A stretch of DNA of 63,827 bases, the filler included, from Choristocarpus tenellus KU-1152 (taxonomy: Eukaryota > Protista > Phaeophyceae): assembly GCA_964200185.2 (NCBI GenBank). It is 11 parts of 11 records of this genome, joined end to end, with 100 filler letters (N's around TTAATTAATTAA, not from the genome) between each part and the next. Parts side by side here need not be neighbours in the genome. Positions count along the whole stretch, not along the records: positions 59,703 to 63,827 come from CAXNAD020016091.1; 10 more parts are not named here. One strand, written 5' to 3'. Positions 61,901 to 63,827 of this stretch are shown one piece after another; positions within the stretch are counted from its first letter, which is position 1, and every line of letters starts with the position of its first letter. The notes under the pieces are model-generated. The model ran no database searches. It saw only the letters and a list, made by a program, of their open reading frames with translations, and was not told where the DNA came from. The translations under genes and the position numbers were made by a program.

Positions 61901-63827
61901 TCTCAGTACTACCCCTTCATCCCCATTTTAAGTCGTTATTCCTGATCCAAGAAACATAATAGAATTCTGAACCTTTTTGGACGATGTCCTTCCTAATTTC
62001 TTCTTTGGAGGTCTTACTGTTTGGTTCAGTAATTCTGGTTTCAGTCTTGGAGTAAACAGTGGTAGCAGTAGGTACGAAAGTGTTTATTGGCCATAGTTAT
62101 CGTGAATGCGATGATCAGGGCAGAATGGGAGTGGAAGGACAACAGCTCAACATCAGCCAATGAATAATCTCCAAAGTCCAGTGGCCAGCCCCAGACCTCA
62201 CCAAAAAATCGCCTATATTCTCCTGTTACTATGCTGTGTAACCACCTTATATACTCTTACTCTACAAACAACCTATATAGTGGCATGGGCATGGTTGGTG
62301 GTGTGTGGGAATGCCGTTTAGGGTTGCAATGCTGGTACCCACAGAGATGATGAGGAAGGACTTGTGAATGAATAGGGGGTGCTGCATGTATCACCTCTTC
62401 TTGCCCTTCCCCTTGGATGGTATAGGTAAGATTGCTTGATGACCAAGTGGGTGTCAGTTACAGATTGAGATGGATGCAGATTCGCTATGGTGTGGCAGAT
62501 GCGGGAGGAGACAAGTGCAGGTCATTTAGAGGGAGAAAGAGATACCCAAAGGGAGAGAGGCCCAGATAATATACTACATAGTCTCCACTGCTGAGCAAAA
62601 TATCTTGTTCAAGTATGATTGGTATGAGAGCTGATCGAAGCAAAAAGCATTCCACACTCTACCCTTTCGGGATTTACTTTAGACTGGTATGGAATTGGTT
62701 TGAAAATGAACCGAACAACTTTCTTTTACGTTATTTAATATGTAATTTGACCTTAGATGTTAAACGTGCGAGGTTACCCTCCATACCAATGTTATATATA
62801 TATATATGTGATACAGTTTTTTTTGTCATACTTAATATGTGCATATACGTCTAAACACGTGAACAGCAGGCTTTCTCCATGGGCACATTACGTACGCACA
62901 TTTGGCGGGATATGCTGGAAAATCCAAAACGGTTTCAATAGTACTTACCAAAAAGAAACAAAAATAAATGGGTTTCCACACCCTGCAAAGCGTTGTAAGA
63001 TTTATGGTATCCTAGTGAGAGGGCCAGGCTTCCATTCCAGGCCTTGTGACTTTGAAGTGATTTTATTTAGTTAGATTCATATTGTCAGATGTAAGGGCAA
63101 CCCCCTTCATCTGGATGCACCTTCTTTCTCCATCCCCCTCCCTGGACCAAATTCGAAGAATAATCATCCGCAAAACGGGAATAAAACTTGAGGGTTTACT
63201 ATACCCCATCTAGACCCGAATGGACGACCTGGGACAACCCCCCCCACCCTCAAGGTTACTATGGGCCTTGAAGTATAGTATGTGGGATTTCTTCGTACTT
63301 GCCACCAACATTCAAAGTTTACACATGTTTCCATTCATATTTTACATATAACATTTTGGCTGCTGCGTGATGAGTGCAAGGAATTGACCATTTTGCCGTC
63401 CTGAAGAAATGATCTTCATCATTTGAAGTGCATTTGCTGTGTAAGAACCTTAGCTCTCCAACGTCTAGAAGTATGTAGGCAATAGTGCCTGTGTCATTGT
63501 AAATGTTTATATTCCGCCCCTCCATATTGAAGATGATGGCCGTCCTGTGTGTTCAAAGATACGAATATACGAAAAATATCAACAACCAGACTATGCAAGA
63601 CACTTGGTTGTTTAGATGTAAGGGTTAGAATATGGTGAAGCCTCCTACACAATAAACAGTGGATTGTAAAAATTGAGGAATAGCGTATTATTGAGGATGG
63701 TCTTGACCGAAAGTGGTGCGGAAAAAGCGCCGATATGTTATTTTTTGTAAATGTTGCGGCACTTTTTAAGGGTTCCTTTTTGAATGGGAATCCGTGCCGG
63801 ATGTGGTAGTAGTGCAGTGTGTGGGGG

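Noticed and set aside
63319-63545. SWIM zinc finger / MULE remnant (KCTS..IPCTH)
   Set aside because: The CxC is incomplete and no other transposase motifs were seen; too weak to call.

Overview
Eukaryotic nuclear DNA with GT-AG introns, microsatellites and TE debris, most likely a brown alga or close ochrophyte relative (inferred from a stramenopile mastigoneme-type gene, TTAGGG-like repeats and long introns). The window is not contiguous: 11 contigs are joined by ten artificial 100-bp spacers (44 N + TTAATTAATTAA + 44 N), so gene neighbourhood across spacers is meaningless. Genes I can reconstruct: an intronless mTERF ORF head-to-head with a 3-exon WDCP (C2orf44)-like gene; the 3' end of an ABC1/ADCK kinase; the 5' part of C2CD3; five exons of a MORN-repeat protein; the 5' end of deoxyhypusine synthase; a mastigoneme (Sig/Ocm-type EGF-like) first exon; a type II membrane protein; a probable SAS-4/CPAP N-terminus; and a few hypothetical exons. 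The most notable patterns are (i) three internally unrelated MITE families sharing a GRSYCAAAGTA terminus, one with a 3-bp TSD confirmed by empty-site paralogues, (ii) a high share of purine -3 (AAG/GAG) splice acceptors, (iii) the WDCP-like gene in an alga, and (iv) a perfect 29-bp intronic hairpin. Degraded mariner, Copia, Gypsy, LINE, hAT and piggyBac-like remnants are also present. No rRNA, tRNA or CRISPR was found. All homology calls are motif recognition from memory, not database searches.
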